Of a stretch of DNA of 64,000 nucleotides, positions 63,971 through 64,000 are shown piece after piece. How positions within the stretch are numbered: the stretch's first letter is position 1; the number at the start of each line of letters is the position of its first letter. Under the pieces are notes generated by a model. That model saw only the letters and a list, made by a program, of their open reading frames with translations. It searched no databases and was not told where the DNA came from. Made by a program: the position numbers and the translations under genes. Origin of the DNA: Takakia lepidozioides (lineage: Eukaryota; Plantae; Bryophyta); NCBI GenBank assembly GCA_030704615.1, contig CM060731.1, forward strand, positions 26,350,001 through 26,414,000, written 5' to 3'.

Positions 63971-64000
63971 TCTAGCACAATGATAACCAAACTAGATAAG

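Larger units (their letters stand above)
61453..64000 (+). mobile_element. hAT DNA transposon, 5' part
   Basis: Begins CAGGGTTG exactly where the integrase homology stops; subterminal repeats; hAT transposase follows. Confidence 0.82.

Overview
Repeat-dense eukaryotic DNA from a land plant, most likely a non-seed plant (inferred from an intron-containing NPF transporter gene and a Tcn1-like chromovirus). One host gene is recognisable: an NPF/PTR transporter (minus strand, about 46.6-50.9 kb). Positions 5-44 kb are a nest of four related Mutator-like DNA transposons, here called A-D. The long copies share one plan: two divergent, spliced genes. One is a GCM-like Zn domain + MULE DDE + SWIM transposase. 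The other is a large cargo gene joining a ParB/Srx-like domain (DGNHR) to a bacterial-type beta-class amino (N6A/N4C) DNA methyltransferase-like domain. Each copy also carries many repeats of its own 22-27 bp palindrome in introns or intergenic DNA. B (7329-20922, TIRs, 8-bp TSD) splits A's transposase. A splits C's cargo gene. D (internally deleted, TSD) sits in C's repeat array. A Ty3/gypsy element also interrupts A, and C abuts a LINE 3' end. Right of the NPF gene lie a complete TTAA-flanked piggyBac element (unusual in plants), rearranged Ty3/gypsy remnants and the 5' part of a hAT element. All transposon copies carry disabling lesions. Domain calls come from motif recognition by eye, not from database searches.
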